From: a virus
Lineage: Duplodnaviria; Caudoviricetes
Reading direction: 5' to 3' (one strand)
DNA length: 44,642 nucleotides
IMG/VR virus record: IMGVR_UViG_3300009095_000026
Location: 1 to 44,642 of that record
Below, piece after piece: positions 9,473 through 19,290 of the stretch. How positions within the stretch are numbered: the stretch's first letter is position 1; every line of letters begins with the position of its first letter. The notes under the pieces are model-generated. The model was given only the letters and a program-made list of their open reading frames with translations. It was not told the origin of the DNA and did not search any database. The translations under genes and the position numbers were made by a program.

Positions 9473-9675
9473 TCAACTTTCCGAGTTCGCCGGTGGTGAA
9501 CGACACCTACACCTACAACGGGCGCACCTGGGTGTGGAATGGGTCGGGCTGGGAGCGGCAGATCAACGCGGGGCAGATTGTCTCGGTGTTCGTGACGCCA
9601 GGCACTGAGGTGACGCAAACCGTAGTTTCCTTGCCGTTCATTGACAACGACTGGTACGAGCTCAACTACGTCTAG
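9469..9675 (+). CDS. 68-aa paralogue of the preceding peptide
   Basis: INFPSSPVVNDTYTYNGRTWVWNGSGWER; GTGA overlap. Confidence 0.65.
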   Translation: MINFPSSPVVNDTYTYNGRTWVWNGSGWERQINAGQIVSVFVTPGTEVTQTVVSLPFIDNDWYELNYV

Positions 9676-9683
9676 AGGCATAC

Positions 9684-10661
9684 ATGAGCGCAACACTTAC
9701 CTGGGCCTCTTCTGGCGCCGGCACGAAGTCGGGCACGACAGTGGCGGCGTTGATTGGCGACATCGTCACGCTGGTCAACAGCAAGAGTGGAGACTCAACC
9801 TTTTCGTGGGAGGTGGCGAGTAGCAACACCGCCACCAGCCCCAACTACATCGTCCTGCGCCGCAAGGATCTCAGTGCTGGCCGCATTCTTCTAGTGGTCT
9901 GGACGAGCGCGCCCGCCGCCAACAATGCAGCGATTCTTGACGTTGCTCCGTCCACAAACGCTCTGTACGGGGCCTGGTTTCCGAACGGCAACGTCAACAC
10001 TCCGAGCAACTTGACGGCTGCCAGCGGCACGATTCTGGGCAACGACTCCGGGTGCACAAAGGTGTGGGCTGCCATGTCAATCGGAACGGTCTACAGCGCC
10101 AGCGTGGTGCCGTTTTACTTTGACAGCGCCGAGGCGATTGTCTTTGGGTTCCAGAACCCCGCGTTAAGCTCTGTGCTATACGTGGGCGGCGCCGGCGACC
10201 TTCTCGTAGACGCCGCCGACAACGCCTACGGCGCTGTGCTGGGATACGGCACCACAACTATGAGCGGCTTCGGCTCATCAGTGGCGCCCGCGCCATTCAC
10301 GTCGGCCAAACCAAATGCCGGCTCCACGACGCCGTGCGCACGGACCAACTACGGGTCAACCAACCGCACCTACTTTCATGCTTTTGCGCCGACTGGATCC
10401 TGGGCGACAACGTCCGTCGGCAGTACGGACATTCTCACCGACACAACCAACAGCAAAGCTTGGTTCGTTCCTGTTCAGCTGCTCGGGCAGACTAAGGGCG
10501 AAGGCTTCGTGCTCAAGCTGCGGCAGATCGCATTCGGGCCCGGCACGACGGGGCCGCTGACCCCATACAACACGACGGGGCCGACGGTGCAGGCTCGGCA
10601 GATCAACCTGGCCACCACTGGCGGTACAGGCTTCCCGTGGGCGGTCAACTTCAAGCTGTGA
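9684..10661 (+). CDS. putative virion (tail/receptor-binding) protein
   Basis: 325 aa, Ser/Thr/Gly/Ala-rich; GAGG RBS. Confidence 0.6.
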   Translation: MSATLTWASSGAGTKSGTTVAALIGDIVTLVNSKSGDSTFSWEVASSNTATSPNYIVLRRKDLSAGRILLVVWTSAPAANNAAILDVAPSTNALYGAWFPNGNVNTPSNLTAASGTILGNDSGCTKVWAAMSIGTVYSASVVPFYFDSAEAIVFGFQNPALSSVLYVGGAGDLLVDAADNAYGAVLGYGTTTMSGFGSSVAPAPFTSAKPNAGSTTPCARTNYGSTNRTYFHAFAPTGSWATTSVGSTDILTDTTNSKAWFVPVQLLGQTKGEGFVLKLRQIAFGPGTTGPLTPYNTTGPTVQARQINLATTGGTGFPWAVNFKL

Positions 10662-11053
10662 ACGGCTGCTCGGGGACCAGCTTCTTCATCCAAGAGCCGG
10701 AGTTCGTCACTCGGGCGGCCAACGGGCTCCGGCCGGGGGTGGCAACCGCTTCCGAACTGGCCGAGATTCGTGCACAATGCGAAAACGAGCAGGCTTTGTG
10801 CCTGGCCGGCGAGGACGGCATGATGGTTATTGACCTTCGGCCGGGCCCCGCCGGGCTTGAGCTCTTCGTGTGGTTGGCGATCGCCTTCCGCCACGGAGCC
10901 TACGAGCGTCAAGACGCCGCGCTGCTTGCGATAGCACGCGATCTCGGTGCACAGACAATCGCCTTCGTTGCAAGGCGCAGAGGCTGGGCAAGGCGGCTGG
11001 GGCCGGAGTGGGCCCGCCGCGGCAAAGACGAGTTCATGAGGCGTGTGACGTGA
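10658..11053 (+). CDS. small GNAT-like protein preceding ejection genes
   Basis: LFVWLA...ARDLGAQTIAFVARRRGWARRLG; syntenic slot of the acetyltransferase-like gene before internal virion proteins. Confidence 0.55.
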   Translation: MNGCSGTSFFIQEPEFVTRAANGLRPGVATASELAEIRAQCENEQALCLAGEDGMMVIDLRPGPAGLELFVWLAIAFRHGAYERQDAALLAIARDLGAQTIAFVARRRGWARRLGPEWARRGKDEFMRRVT

Positions 11054-11685
11054 GCAAAGGCGGCAGCGAGGTCAAGGAAACAGCGCAGCAGCGCGCGATG
11101 ACGGAGTTCGCAGTCAACCAACTGCAGGACTATACGAAGCGCTGGCTGCCGCTGCAGAAGCGGCTTGCGGCCCAGACCGTTGAGTCGGGCGCCGCCGGCT
11201 CAGCCGCGCGCAAGTCTGCCGCAGGCCGATCCAACGTCGACACCCAGATCGCATTCGCTGAAGCCGAGGGGGCGCTGGAGAAGCGCTTGGCCGGCACGGG
11301 CCGCAACGTCGGCGCGGCGATGACCGGCATGTCGGATAACAAGGCCACCTCGCGCGGCATGGGCCAAGTGGCCGCCGATCAGAGCGTGGACGACGCCTAC
11401 ACTGAGACGCTCGCGGCGCTCGCCGCTACTGGCCGAGGCGAGCGCGCCGCCGTGGGCGACTCTCTGAGCCGCCAGGCCGGTATGAGCGGTCAGCAAGCCG
11501 CCATGGACGCCGAGACTGCGCTCGCCAAGGAAGGCGCGGTCGGCGAGTTGGCAGGGCAGTTTGCCGGCTACGGTCTGCAAGCGGCGATGCGGCCCAAGCC
11601 GCAACCGCAGATGCCCGGCATGAGCCCGAACGTGCTCGGCGCGCAGGCTGACGGCTTCACCACCAATCCTCAGTACGGGCCGTGA
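11050..11685 (+). CDS. internal virion/ejection protein
   Basis: GTG start, SKGGSEVKET N-terminus, Ala/Gly/Gln-rich helical sequence. Confidence 0.65.
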   Translation: MSKGGSEVKETAQQRAMTEFAVNQLQDYTKRWLPLQKRLAAQTVESGAAGSAARKSAAGRSNVDTQIAFAEAEGALEKRLAGTGRNVGAAMTGMSDNKATSRGMGQVAADQSVDDAYTETLAALAATGRGERAAVGDSLSRQAGMSGQQAAMDAETALAKEGAVGELAGQFAGYGLQAAMRPKPQPQMPGMSPNVLGAQADGFTTNPQYGP

Positions 11686-11686
11686 C

Positions 11687-12100
11687 ATGGCAACACCGAT
11701 GTTCACCAACCCCTACGGATTCAGCCCTGGATCCAAGACCTACGCCTCCGACAGCTACGCCGCGATGACGCGGCAGCAGTGGGCGAACTACGTCAGCACG
11801 TTCGTGCCGCTGGAGAACCAGCTGATCAAGTACGCCACCGACCCCAGCGTGGTCAGCAACGCCATGTCGGAGGCGAGCCGCGACGTGAACTTCAGCTTTG
11901 ACGCGCAGCAGGGCAGCTTTGACCGGCGCATGCGCGCCATGGGCGCCACGCTGGACAACGACCAGCAAGCCGTGCGTCAGCGCAACACCGGTTTGAGCCG
12001 CGCGCTGGCCGACGTGAACGCGCAGAACGTGGCCGGTTACACGACACGGCAGCGCCAGCAGTCAATCCTGGGCAACCCTTCGCCGATGGGAGGCATGTGA
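11687..12100 (+). CDS. internal virion protein
   Basis: Gln/Ala-rich; coupled to neighbours. Confidence 0.6.
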   Translation: MATPMFTNPYGFSPGSKTYASDSYAAMTRQQWANYVSTFVPLENQLIKYATDPSVVSNAMSEASRDVNFSFDAQQGSFDRRMRAMGATLDNDQQAVRQRNTGLSRALADVNAQNVAGYTTRQRQQSILGNPSPMGGM

Positions 12101-12378
12101 TGGCGCGCGGAGTTGGTGCGACGCTGCAATCGCTCGGGCAAGGCGTGCAGCAAGACGCGAGGAACACCCTCGGCGCCGCGGCCGAGCAGGAGAGCCGTCG
12201 CAACATGCAAAACCAGCAGCTTGAACAGCAACAGAAAGCCGGGCAAGTGCAACTTGGCAGCACGCTGGGCGCTTTGGGGGGCTTCTACGCGGGGTCGCAG
12301 GTTGGCGCTGTGGGCGGCCCCCTTGGCGCGTTGATTGGCGGCACCGTGGGCGCAATCGCCGGCGGCCTTTTCGACTGA
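12097..12378 (+). CDS. glycine-zipper ejection protein
   Basis: C-terminal GAVGGPLGALIGGTVGAIAGGLF glycine zipper; GGAGG RBS. Confidence 0.7.
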   Translation: MMARGVGATLQSLGQGVQQDARNTLGAAAEQESRRNMQNQQLEQQQKAGQVQLGSTLGALGGFYAGSQVGAVGGPLGALIGGTVGAIAGGLFD

Positions 12379-12387
12379 GGAACGACG

Positions 12388-14301
12388 ATGGCAGGAGGTC
12401 TCGCCGCAGGGCTGGCTCGGGGGTTGTCCACCGGCTATGGGATGGCGCGCGACGCCTACCAAGACGAGCAGACTCAGAAGCGGCAAGCCGTCGAGGATGT
12501 CTACAAGGCCCGCGCCGACGAGCGCGCCGATGAGGCCTCCAAGCGCGAGAACGAGCGCTTGGAACTCATGCGCTCAACCGAGCAGCGGCAACAGCAACGG
12601 CTTGACGAGACCGACCGCAAACAGCGCGCGGCCGAAGCCATGGGCGCGCTGGAAAAGAACATCGCCGACATTGAAGCGACGGCGAAGGCCCGGCAGTTGC
12701 AAAACATGCCGGTGGACCCCGAGGACGCCAAACGCTACGGCGAGTTGCAGGCGCAACTGCGCGCTGCGCGGCAGGAGTCCATCAACTTCTTCACGCGCGT
12801 GCAGGGCGGTCAGATGAGCCTGAACGACGCGCCACCGAAAGACCTGTACCTGCATCTGGTTCGCGCCACCGGCATGACGCCGCAAGAGATGGCGCAGATG
12901 CCGCAGCACATCAAGGACATCCAAGACGGGCTGCAGTATCGCAACGACGACTTGCAGATCAAGGGCATCAACGGCCTGCTTGGGCCGACGTACCTCAAGC
13001 GCGGTGTCGGTGAACAGAGCCCCTACGGCGGCACGATCACGAAGAAAGAGGTCGTGCGCCTGGTGCCGGCGCGCGACGCCAATGGCGTGGATCACCCCGA
13101 CAAGGTGTACCCGATTCTGCGTGTCTACACCGATCAGACGGGCCCGGATGGGCAGCCGCTGTACTACGACGCGGCCATGACGCGCGAGGGCACGACCAAC
13201 CCGAACGACGAGATCGTGCCGATCGACCTCAAGCGCGGCTTTGACTTCATGGGCAACATGGGCACGCTGGTCGAGCTCATGAAGCGGCCGGAGATCGCTG
13301 CGCGCTTGGAGCAGGGCGAGAAAGAGGGCGGCGCAGAGGCGCGCAAGTACCTTGAGGATCTGACGGCGCGGACGAAGCCGGTGCGCAAAGTTGCCAAGAC
13401 CGAGCAAGTTGACCTCGGCGACCGCAAGTTCCTGATTCGCTACGACGAAGCGGGCAACGAAGTCAGCCGCGAAGAGATGCGCAAGGGCGCTGTGCCGCGC
13501 ATCCTGGCGCCACACGGTGGCACCGGTGCGAGCGGAACTGGCGAACCGACCATCGACGACGAGACGCTGACCGCGATGGCCGAACAGTATCTGGCAGGCG
13601 ACAAGTCCGTGTTCCAGAACCTGGGCCGCGGGGCGCAAGGCGCGACCAACGTCGTGGCGCTGCGCAAGCGCGTGGCTGAAGTGGCCAAGGAAGCGGGCAT
13701 GACGCCCGACCAGATCGCGCTGGCGCAGTCCGAGTTCATGGGCATGAACGCAGCACAGCGCACGCTCGGCACGCGCACGGCCAACTTCGGCTTGGCCGAG
13801 AAGGAAGCGTTGGAGATGGCGGGCCTGGTCGAGCAGACCTCGGCCAAGGTCTCGCGCACCACCTTCATGCCGATCAACAAGGCCATCATCGCCTACAACG
13901 ACAACACGGGCGATCCGGAGACGCGCGCTTTCGGCGCCGCGCTCAACTCGTTCATCAACGCCTACGCCCGCGCGGTCAGCCCGATCGGCACGCCGACGGT
14001 CAGCGACAAGGATCACGCCCGCGCCATGCTGTCGCGAGCCGACAGCCACACCGCGCTGCTCGCGATCATGGATCAGCTGAAGCAGGAGATGAAGGCTGCC
14101 GAGAAGGCGCCGGGCGCCGTGCAAGACCAACTGCGTCGTCAGCAAAGCGCCGGCGCAGCGCGCATTCGCGACCGGCCGCGCGGCGAAGCCAAGATGCCCA
14201 CCTTCGCGTCGGAAGCAGACGCCACGGCGGCGGCCAAGGCCGGCAAGATCAAGCCGGGTGACCGCATCACGATCAACGGACAGACGGGAACCTGGCAGTA
14301 A
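12388..14301 (+). CDS. large internal virion/ejection protein
   Basis: 637 aa; GGLAAGLARG N-terminus, coiled coils, GKIKPGDRITING.TGTWQ C-terminus. Confidence 0.7.
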   Translation: MAGGLAAGLARGLSTGYGMARDAYQDEQTQKRQAVEDVYKARADERADEASKRENERLELMRSTEQRQQQRLDETDRKQRAAEAMGALEKNIADIEATAKARQLQNMPVDPEDAKRYGELQAQLRAARQESINFFTRVQGGQMSLNDAPPKDLYLHLVRATGMTPQEMAQMPQHIKDIQDGLQYRNDDLQIKGINGLLGPTYLKRGVGEQSPYGGTITKKEVVRLVPARDANGVDHPDKVYPILRVYTDQTGPDGQPLYYDAAMTREGTTNPNDEIVPIDLKRGFDFMGNMGTLVELMKRPEIAARLEQGEKEGGAEARKYLEDLTARTKPVRKVAKTEQVDLGDRKFLIRYDEAGNEVSREEMRKGAVPRILAPHGGTGASGTGEPTIDDETLTAMAEQYLAGDKSVFQNLGRGAQGATNVVALRKRVAEVAKEAGMTPDQIALAQSEFMGMNAAQRTLGTRTANFGLAEKEALEMAGLVEQTSAKVSRTTFMPINKAIIAYNDNTGDPETRAFGAALNSFINAYARAVSPIGTPTVSDKDHARAMLSRADSHTALLAIMDQLKQEMKAAEKAPGAVQDQLRRQQSAGAARIRDRPRGEAKMPTFASEADATAAAKAGKIKPGDRITINGQTGTWQ

Positions 14302-17300
14302 TGCCCTTCGTGCCTGACACCGCCCCGGAAGCTGCCAGTGCGCCGCGCGGCCGCTTCGTGCCCGACGCACCTCGGCCTGCGCCGGCGGCCCCGCCTGCGC
14401 CCGCCGTGCCGATCGGGCAACTGGGCGCCGCTGCGGTGCCGGGCATGGACCCCGAGTGGGTCGCAGGCCGCGCGCCGGAGCAAGTGGCCGACCGGCAGCG
14501 GCAGGAAGCCGCCGCGCGCAACCCGATTCGCGACAAGGTGGTGGGTGCCGTCGAGGGCGCCCTCGACATCGTGGCGAAGATCACCGGTGGTGGCGTTGGG
14601 GGCATGGCCGGTCTGCTGTCCACCCCGTTCACCGGTGGTTCCGCCGAGAAGAACATGGAAGCCGGCGCGCAGCGCGGTGTCGGCGTCGTGCGCGACATCT
14701 ACCGGCAGACCCGCCTGACCTCGGGCGGCGAGCCGGAAACCGAGTTCGGCCGCACGGTGACCGAGGCCGCCGACAAGGCGCTGCAGGCGCTGCCGGCCGT
14801 GGGCACCGGCCCGCGCGGCACGCTGGTCAACCCGATGCCGGAAGGCGCCGTCGGCACCGCGGTGCGCGCGGCGCGCGACACGGGCCGCGCCGCCGGCGAT
14901 GCTGCGCTGGAGGCCGCGACGCCGCGGCTCAACGCGCAGAGGGCTGCTCTGGCCGAGAAGGCCGTGGCTGAAGGCATCCCCGTCAATTTGCACCAGTTGA
15001 CCGACAGCAAAGCTGTGAAGCTCGCCGGTGAGTACGCCGAGACGATCCCGGGCTCGGGGTCAAAGCGCGAGCAGCGCCGCACGGCGTTCACGAATGCCAT
15101 CGCGCGCACCATTGACCCCGATTCCGACGCCACTGCCATCACGCCCGATGTGTTCGCGGCGATGCAGGACAAGGCCGGTGGCGAGATCGGCAGCATCATG
15201 TCCCGATACGACGTGCCGAGCGACACGTTTGGCGACCTGTCCGGGCTGACCCGCAAAGACACGCCGGACGTGGCCAAGGTGGTTGACGCCTACGTGGCCG
15301 ACCTCAAGACCATCGCTGACCAGAACAGCGGCGTGGTGCCGGGCGAGATGTTGCGCAAGCTGCGCAGCGAAGCGCAGGCGCAGATCCGCGGCACGCCGAA
15401 CGGCGACCTGCGCACATCGCTCGGCAACTTCGTAAACCGGCTTGATCAGGCGCTGTCGGAAGTCGCCAGTGAAGCCGACATCACCTCGCTGGCCGATGCA
15501 CGTCGCCGCTATGCCATCAGCACGGTGATCGAACCGTTGGTGGCTAAGTCGCCCGACGGCGTGATCAACCCGCAGGCGCTGATGGCCGCGGTCACCGGCA
15601 CCAAGGCGGGCAAGCGTCGCATGGCCCGAGGCAAGGCCGGCGACCTGGGCGACTACGCGCGCATCGGGCAAGAGTTCCTGAAGGACGTGGGCACCTCCAA
15701 CACCGCCGAGCGCAACATGGTGTGGAAGGCGGTCACCGACATTGCGGAAGCCGCCAAGATCGGCTTCACCTACCCGGCAGCGCTGCTCTACAACACTTTC
15801 GGGCCGAAGGTGGCCAAGAAGATGATCGAGGCGCAGAAACGCCGGAACGCGGCCGCGCCCGAGGCCCCGCCGCCCGAGCCGACGCTGGGCCGCGGCTTCG
15901 AAGACGTGCCGCAGCGGTCGGGCCCGGGCGGCGCAAGCCCGCTGGGCGACCTGACGCCTGAATGGGAGACCGCGCCCGGCGCCGCGCCGGCCCGCGAAGG
16001 CGGCATCGAGCCGACCGGCATGGTGCGCGCGGTGGACGAGACCGAGCCGTTGCCGCAGGGCATCCCGCAGCGCCCTGGCGCGCAGATCCCGGTGGCCGAA
16101 GAGCGGCCGCTGGGCGACCTCACGCCCGACTGGGAGACTCAACTCGGCGCCGACGGCGCGGGCGGCCGTGCCGCCGAGCCCGGCCTGGTGCCCGCCCTGG
16201 GCGATGAAGCGCCGACCACCGGCACGCGGGTCGACATGCGCTCCCGCGCCGGCCAGCAGATCCCGGCCGTGCCGGGCCGCCCGGGCCTGCCCGACACACT
16301 GACCGTCGGTGGCCCGGCCGAGTCCGCGGCCACGGCGGCCGACAACGCCGCCATGGTGACGCCCGGCGCCATCGAGGCCCGCCGGCAGCAGGGCATGGCC
16401 ACAGTGGAGCGCGCCGCTGCGGCCGAGCGCGCCGAGCCGGTGCCGGTCGGCGAGGCCACCGAGATCACGCCCGAGACCGCGCGCCCGGCGCCGGAGATGC
16501 CCGACGAGCCGATCCCTGTGGGTGAGGCCACCGAGATCACGCCGGAGAACGTCAGGCCCGCCCCCGAGGTACGCGAGCACCCGGAGGTGGCCAAGATCCG
16601 CCAGGAGATCGCCAAGAAGCGCGAGGCCGAGGCGAAGAAGCAGGCCGCGGCCGACGAGCTCCGTGCCGCCGCGGCGGCAGAGACCGACCCCGAGGTCAAG
16701 GCCGCGCTGATCAAGCGCGCCGACGCGATCGCGCCGGCCAAGAAGCAGGAGAAGGCGAATGACGCTGCCAGCGAGCCAGTGGGCACCGACGGTGTACGGA
16801 AAGAAGCCGGTCAAGAAGGCGTACAAGAAGGCGGTGGCGCCGGCGCCCAAGCCGCGAAAGGCGGCGAAGAAGCGCTCGACCTGAGCTTCCCGAAGATCGA
16901 AGAGGGTCTGCTGGATCTCCAGCAGCGCACTGTCGAGCGCACCGCGCCGCCTCCCTCGCCCACGCCGCGCGGTCGCCGTCAGGTGCGCCGCGCGCTGGAG
17001 CGTGGCATTGCCGAGGGCACGCTCGACAAGGACGGCGCCGCGCTGGCGTTGTGGGCCCTTGACCGCAACGAGAACCTGGCCCGCGGCCTGCGGGTGGAGG
17101 TGTTGCAACCCGAGGCCGGCTCACCGGCCAAGGGCTCGTACAACTCGGCCACGCGCATCGTCAAGCTCTTCCAGAGCAAGGACAACCCGCAGACCGCGAT
17201 GCACGAGATCTTGCACCACGCCGAGCGCATGATGCCCGAAGCCGTGCAGCAGGGCATCTACCGCGCCTGGCAGCGCGCGCTGAAGGCCGCGACGGAAGAC

Positions 17301-17705
17301 GCATCGCCCGAGCGCCGCGCCGCGCTCGATGCGCTCAACAAAGTGTCGAGCAACGACATGACGGCGCTCGACTCGGTCAAGCGCGCGTTCAAGGACGGCG
17401 TGCTCAAGGCCGACGACTACCAGTTCGTGAACCCCACGGAATACTGGGCCGTCAACGGCGCGCGCATCATGCACGAGCGCTTCACGGGCCGGGGCAGCTG
17501 GCGCGCGCAGGCCCGCCAGTGGCTGCGCGAGATGATTGAGCACGTCAAGGAAACTGTCGGGGTGCGTTCTGACTCTCCGCTGCTGAAGGCTCTCAACGAG
17601 ATGCTCGACGCCGAGAAAAACACCGGCGCACAGCGCTCGCCGACGATGATCAAGAACCGCCCCGAAGGTGGGGATTCACTAACATCGACCAAGCAACGAA
17701 AATGA
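14301..17705 (+). CDS. large ejection/polyvalent protein with C-terminal HExxH domain
   Basis: 1134 aa; MPFVPD/GRFVPD N-terminus, internal repeats, AMHEILHH and EYWA near the C-terminus. Confidence 0.7.
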   Translation: MPFVPDTAPEAASAPRGRFVPDAPRPAPAAPPAPAVPIGQLGAAAVPGMDPEWVAGRAPEQVADRQRQEAAARNPIRDKVVGAVEGALDIVAKITGGGVGGMAGLLSTPFTGGSAEKNMEAGAQRGVGVVRDIYRQTRLTSGGEPETEFGRTVTEAADKALQALPAVGTGPRGTLVNPMPEGAVGTAVRAARDTGRAAGDAALEAATPRLNAQRAALAEKAVAEGIPVNLHQLTDSKAVKLAGEYAETIPGSGSKREQRRTAFTNAIARTIDPDSDATAITPDVFAAMQDKAGGEIGSIMSRYDVPSDTFGDLSGLTRKDTPDVAKVVDAYVADLKTIADQNSGVVPGEMLRKLRSEAQAQIRGTPNGDLRTSLGNFVNRLDQALSEVASEADITSLADARRRYAISTVIEPLVAKSPDGVINPQALMAAVTGTKAGKRRMARGKAGDLGDYARIGQEFLKDVGTSNTAERNMVWKAVTDIAEAAKIGFTYPAALLYNTFGPKVAKKMIEAQKRRNAAAPEAPPPEPTLGRGFEDVPQRSGPGGASPLGDLTPEWETAPGAAPAREGGIEPTGMVRAVDETEPLPQGIPQRPGAQIPVAEERPLGDLTPDWETQLGADGAGGRAAEPGLVPALGDEAPTTGTRVDMRSRAGQQIPAVPGRPGLPDTLTVGGPAESAATAADNAAMVTPGAIEARRQQGMATVERAAAAERAEPVPVGEATEITPETARPAPEMPDEPIPVGEATEITPENVRPAPEVREHPEVAKIRQEIAKKREAEAKKQAAADELRAAAAAETDPEVKAALIKRADAIAPAKKQEKANDAASEPVGTDGVRKEAGQEGVQEGGGAGAQAAKGGEEALDLSFPKIEEGLLDLQQRTVERTAPPPSPTPRGRRQVRRALERGIAEGTLDKDGAALALWALDRNENLARGLRVEVLQPEAGSPAKGSYNSATRIVKLFQSKDNPQTAMHEILHHAERMMPEAVQQGIYRAWQRALKAATEDASPERRAALDALNKVSSNDMTALDSVKRAFKDGVLKADDYQFVNPTEYWAVNGARIMHERFTGRGSWRAQARQWLREMIEHVKETVGVRSDSPLLKALNEMLDAEKNTGAQRSPTMIKNRPEGGDSLTSTKQRK
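16759..16884 (+). CDS. nested out-of-frame Lys/Ala/Pro-rich peptide (candidate)
   Basis: AGGAG 7 nt before ATG; MTLPASQWAPTVYGKKPVKKAYKKAVAPAPKPRKAAKKRST; G/C-ending codons in this frame. Confidence 0.5.
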   Translation: MTLPASQWAPTVYGKKPVKKAYKKAVAPAPKPRKAAKKRST

Positions 17706-18046
17706 GCGCTCCGGACACTCATGAGCAAGGCCACCACATGGTGCACACTCGTCACGAGGATCCTATCGGGCTGAAAGTCTCCCGGGAGATTCCGTTGCCT
17801 TGGCTGGTGGGCATCGTCGCCGCCGGCTTCCTGCAGGCTGCGCTCGTCTACTACAAGCAGGACGCGCAGGCCGAAGCGATCGTGAAGCTCACCAAGGAAG
17901 TGCAGGCGCTCACGACGGCTCTCGGCGGCAAGGACTTAAAGGACTTGGAGCACGACATCCGGATCGCCGATCTGCAGACCCGGATGACGGACGTGCAGTC
18001 GCGCTTGGCGGCCGTTGAACTCCGCCTGCAAGGGCTCAAGAAGTGA
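17702..18046 (+). CDS. membrane-anchored coiled-coil protein (lysis region)
   Basis: One hydrophobic segment then heptad repeats; ATGA overlap. Confidence 0.6.
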   Translation: MSAPDTHEQGHHMVHTRHEDPIGLKVSREIPLPWLVGIVAAGFLQAALVYYKQDAQAEAIVKLTKEVQALTTALGGKDLKDLEHDIRIADLQTRMTDVQSRLAAVELRLQGLKK

Positions 18047-18468
18047 AAGGGTTCCCCATCATGGCAACCACCGCCGAGAACATCGCCGGCTCGTTCAAGA
18101 TGTACTCCGTCTGGGTCGCGGGCCTCATCAGCGTGGCCGCCGGCTACTGGATCCAGCTGCCAGTCGAGCAACAACAGCAGATCCTGGCCCAGTGGCCGGC
18201 GCTGAAATACTACTCGCCGATCTTCGCCTTCGCGGCGTTTTACGCCGCCCGCGTGGTGTCGCAGACCAAGCCCGATACGTCGCTGCTGGGTGACAAGACC
18301 GAGCCGCAGGTGGCGGCCCCGGTGATCGGCGTGGCCAGCCTAACGACCCCGCCGCCCGCGCCGGTGGTACCTGACGCTCCGGCCACCGTGACCGTGCAGC
18401 TGACGCCTTCCGAGATCGCGGCGATCCTGACCGCGGCCGAGGTGCTCAAGAAGCAGGCTCCGCAATGA
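18043..18468 (+). CDS. putative holin
   Basis: Two hydrophobic segments, KMYSVW...AARVVSQ; immediately before the endolysin. Confidence 0.6.
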   Translation: MKGFPIMATTAENIAGSFKMYSVWVAGLISVAAGYWIQLPVEQQQQILAQWPALKYYSPIFAFAAFYAARVVSQTKPDTSLLGDKTEPQVAAPVIGVASLTTPPPAPVVPDAPATVTVQLTPSEIAAILTAAEVLKKQAPQ

Positions 18469-18932
18469 CGTTCGACGAAGCCTTCGAACGGCTCATCGGT
18501 CACGAAGGTGGCTACGTCAACCACCCGGCAGACCCGGGCGGCGAGACGAAGTACGGCATCAGCAAGCGCAGCTACCCCGGTGAGGACATCAAGAACCTGA
18601 CCCTGGGCCGCGCCAAGCAAATCTATCTGCGCGACTTCTGGGGCCCGGCCGGTTGTGACGCGGTGCCTGCCGGCATCCGCTTCGACCTGTTCGACATGGC
18701 CGTCAACTCGGGCGTCAAGGCGGCGATCCGCACGCTGCAGCGCACGGTCGGCGAGACGCCCGATGGTGTGCTCGGGCCCCTGACGTTGCAGGCGGTGCAG
18801 AGCGTCGACCCGATGCGCATCGCGGTGCGCTTCAATGCTCAACGGCTGGTCTTCATGGCCAGCCTGCCGACGTGGCCCGCCTTCGGACGCGGGTGGGCCA
18901 ACCGTATCGCGTCCAACCTCATGAGCTTGTGA
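18465..18932 (+). CDS. endolysin, glycoside hydrolase family 108
   Basis: HEGGYVNHPADPGGETKYGIS, FDMAVNSG, DGVLGPLTL, FGRGWANR. Confidence 0.92.
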   Translation: MTFDEAFERLIGHEGGYVNHPADPGGETKYGISKRSYPGEDIKNLTLGRAKQIYLRDFWGPAGCDAVPAGIRFDLFDMAVNSGVKAAIRTLQRTVGETPDGVLGPLTLQAVQSVDPMRIAVRFNAQRLVFMASLPTWPAFGRGWANRIASNLMSL

Positions 18933-18942
18933 AAGGGCACCC

Positions 18943-19290
18943 GTGAAACGACTCAACCTCTACTTCGCACTCGTGCTGGCCTTCGTGCTGGCCGCGTGCA
19001 CCAGTCTCGGCGTGCAGTCGCCGGCCACCTTCAACCAGAAGGTGCTCGCCGCGCACAGCACTGTCACGGCCATCGCCAACAGCGCCAGCACGCTGCGCGC
19101 GGCCGGCAAGCTGAGCGACGCCGACCGCGACAACGTGGTTTCCACGCTGCGCAGCGCCGAGGCCGGCATCGACCTGGCCGTGCTGACCTACAAGACCAAC
19201 CCGCAGGCCGGCGGCGACAAGCTGACGGCCACCATCACCGTGCTGACCGCACTCCAGGCCTACCTGGCGACGAAAGGAACCACGCCATGA
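18943..19290 (+). CDS. lipoprotein (spanin-like)
   Basis: Signal peptide with LAAC lipobox; follows the endolysin. Confidence 0.7.
   Translation: MKRLNLYFALVLAFVLAACTSLGVQSPATFNQKVLAAHSTVTAIANSASTLRAAGKLSDADRDNVVSTLRSAEAGIDLAVLTYKTNPQAGGDKLTATITVLTALQAYLATKGTTP

Noticed and set aside
9371-9560. DGR template/variable repeat pair
   Set aside because: Differences are not adenine-specific, both copies are coding, and no RT is present.
426-17108. Long antisense ORFs (426-2393, 6292-8136, 12574-14370, 15060-17108)
   Set aside because: Shadow frames of GC-rich genes; no motifs or RBS.
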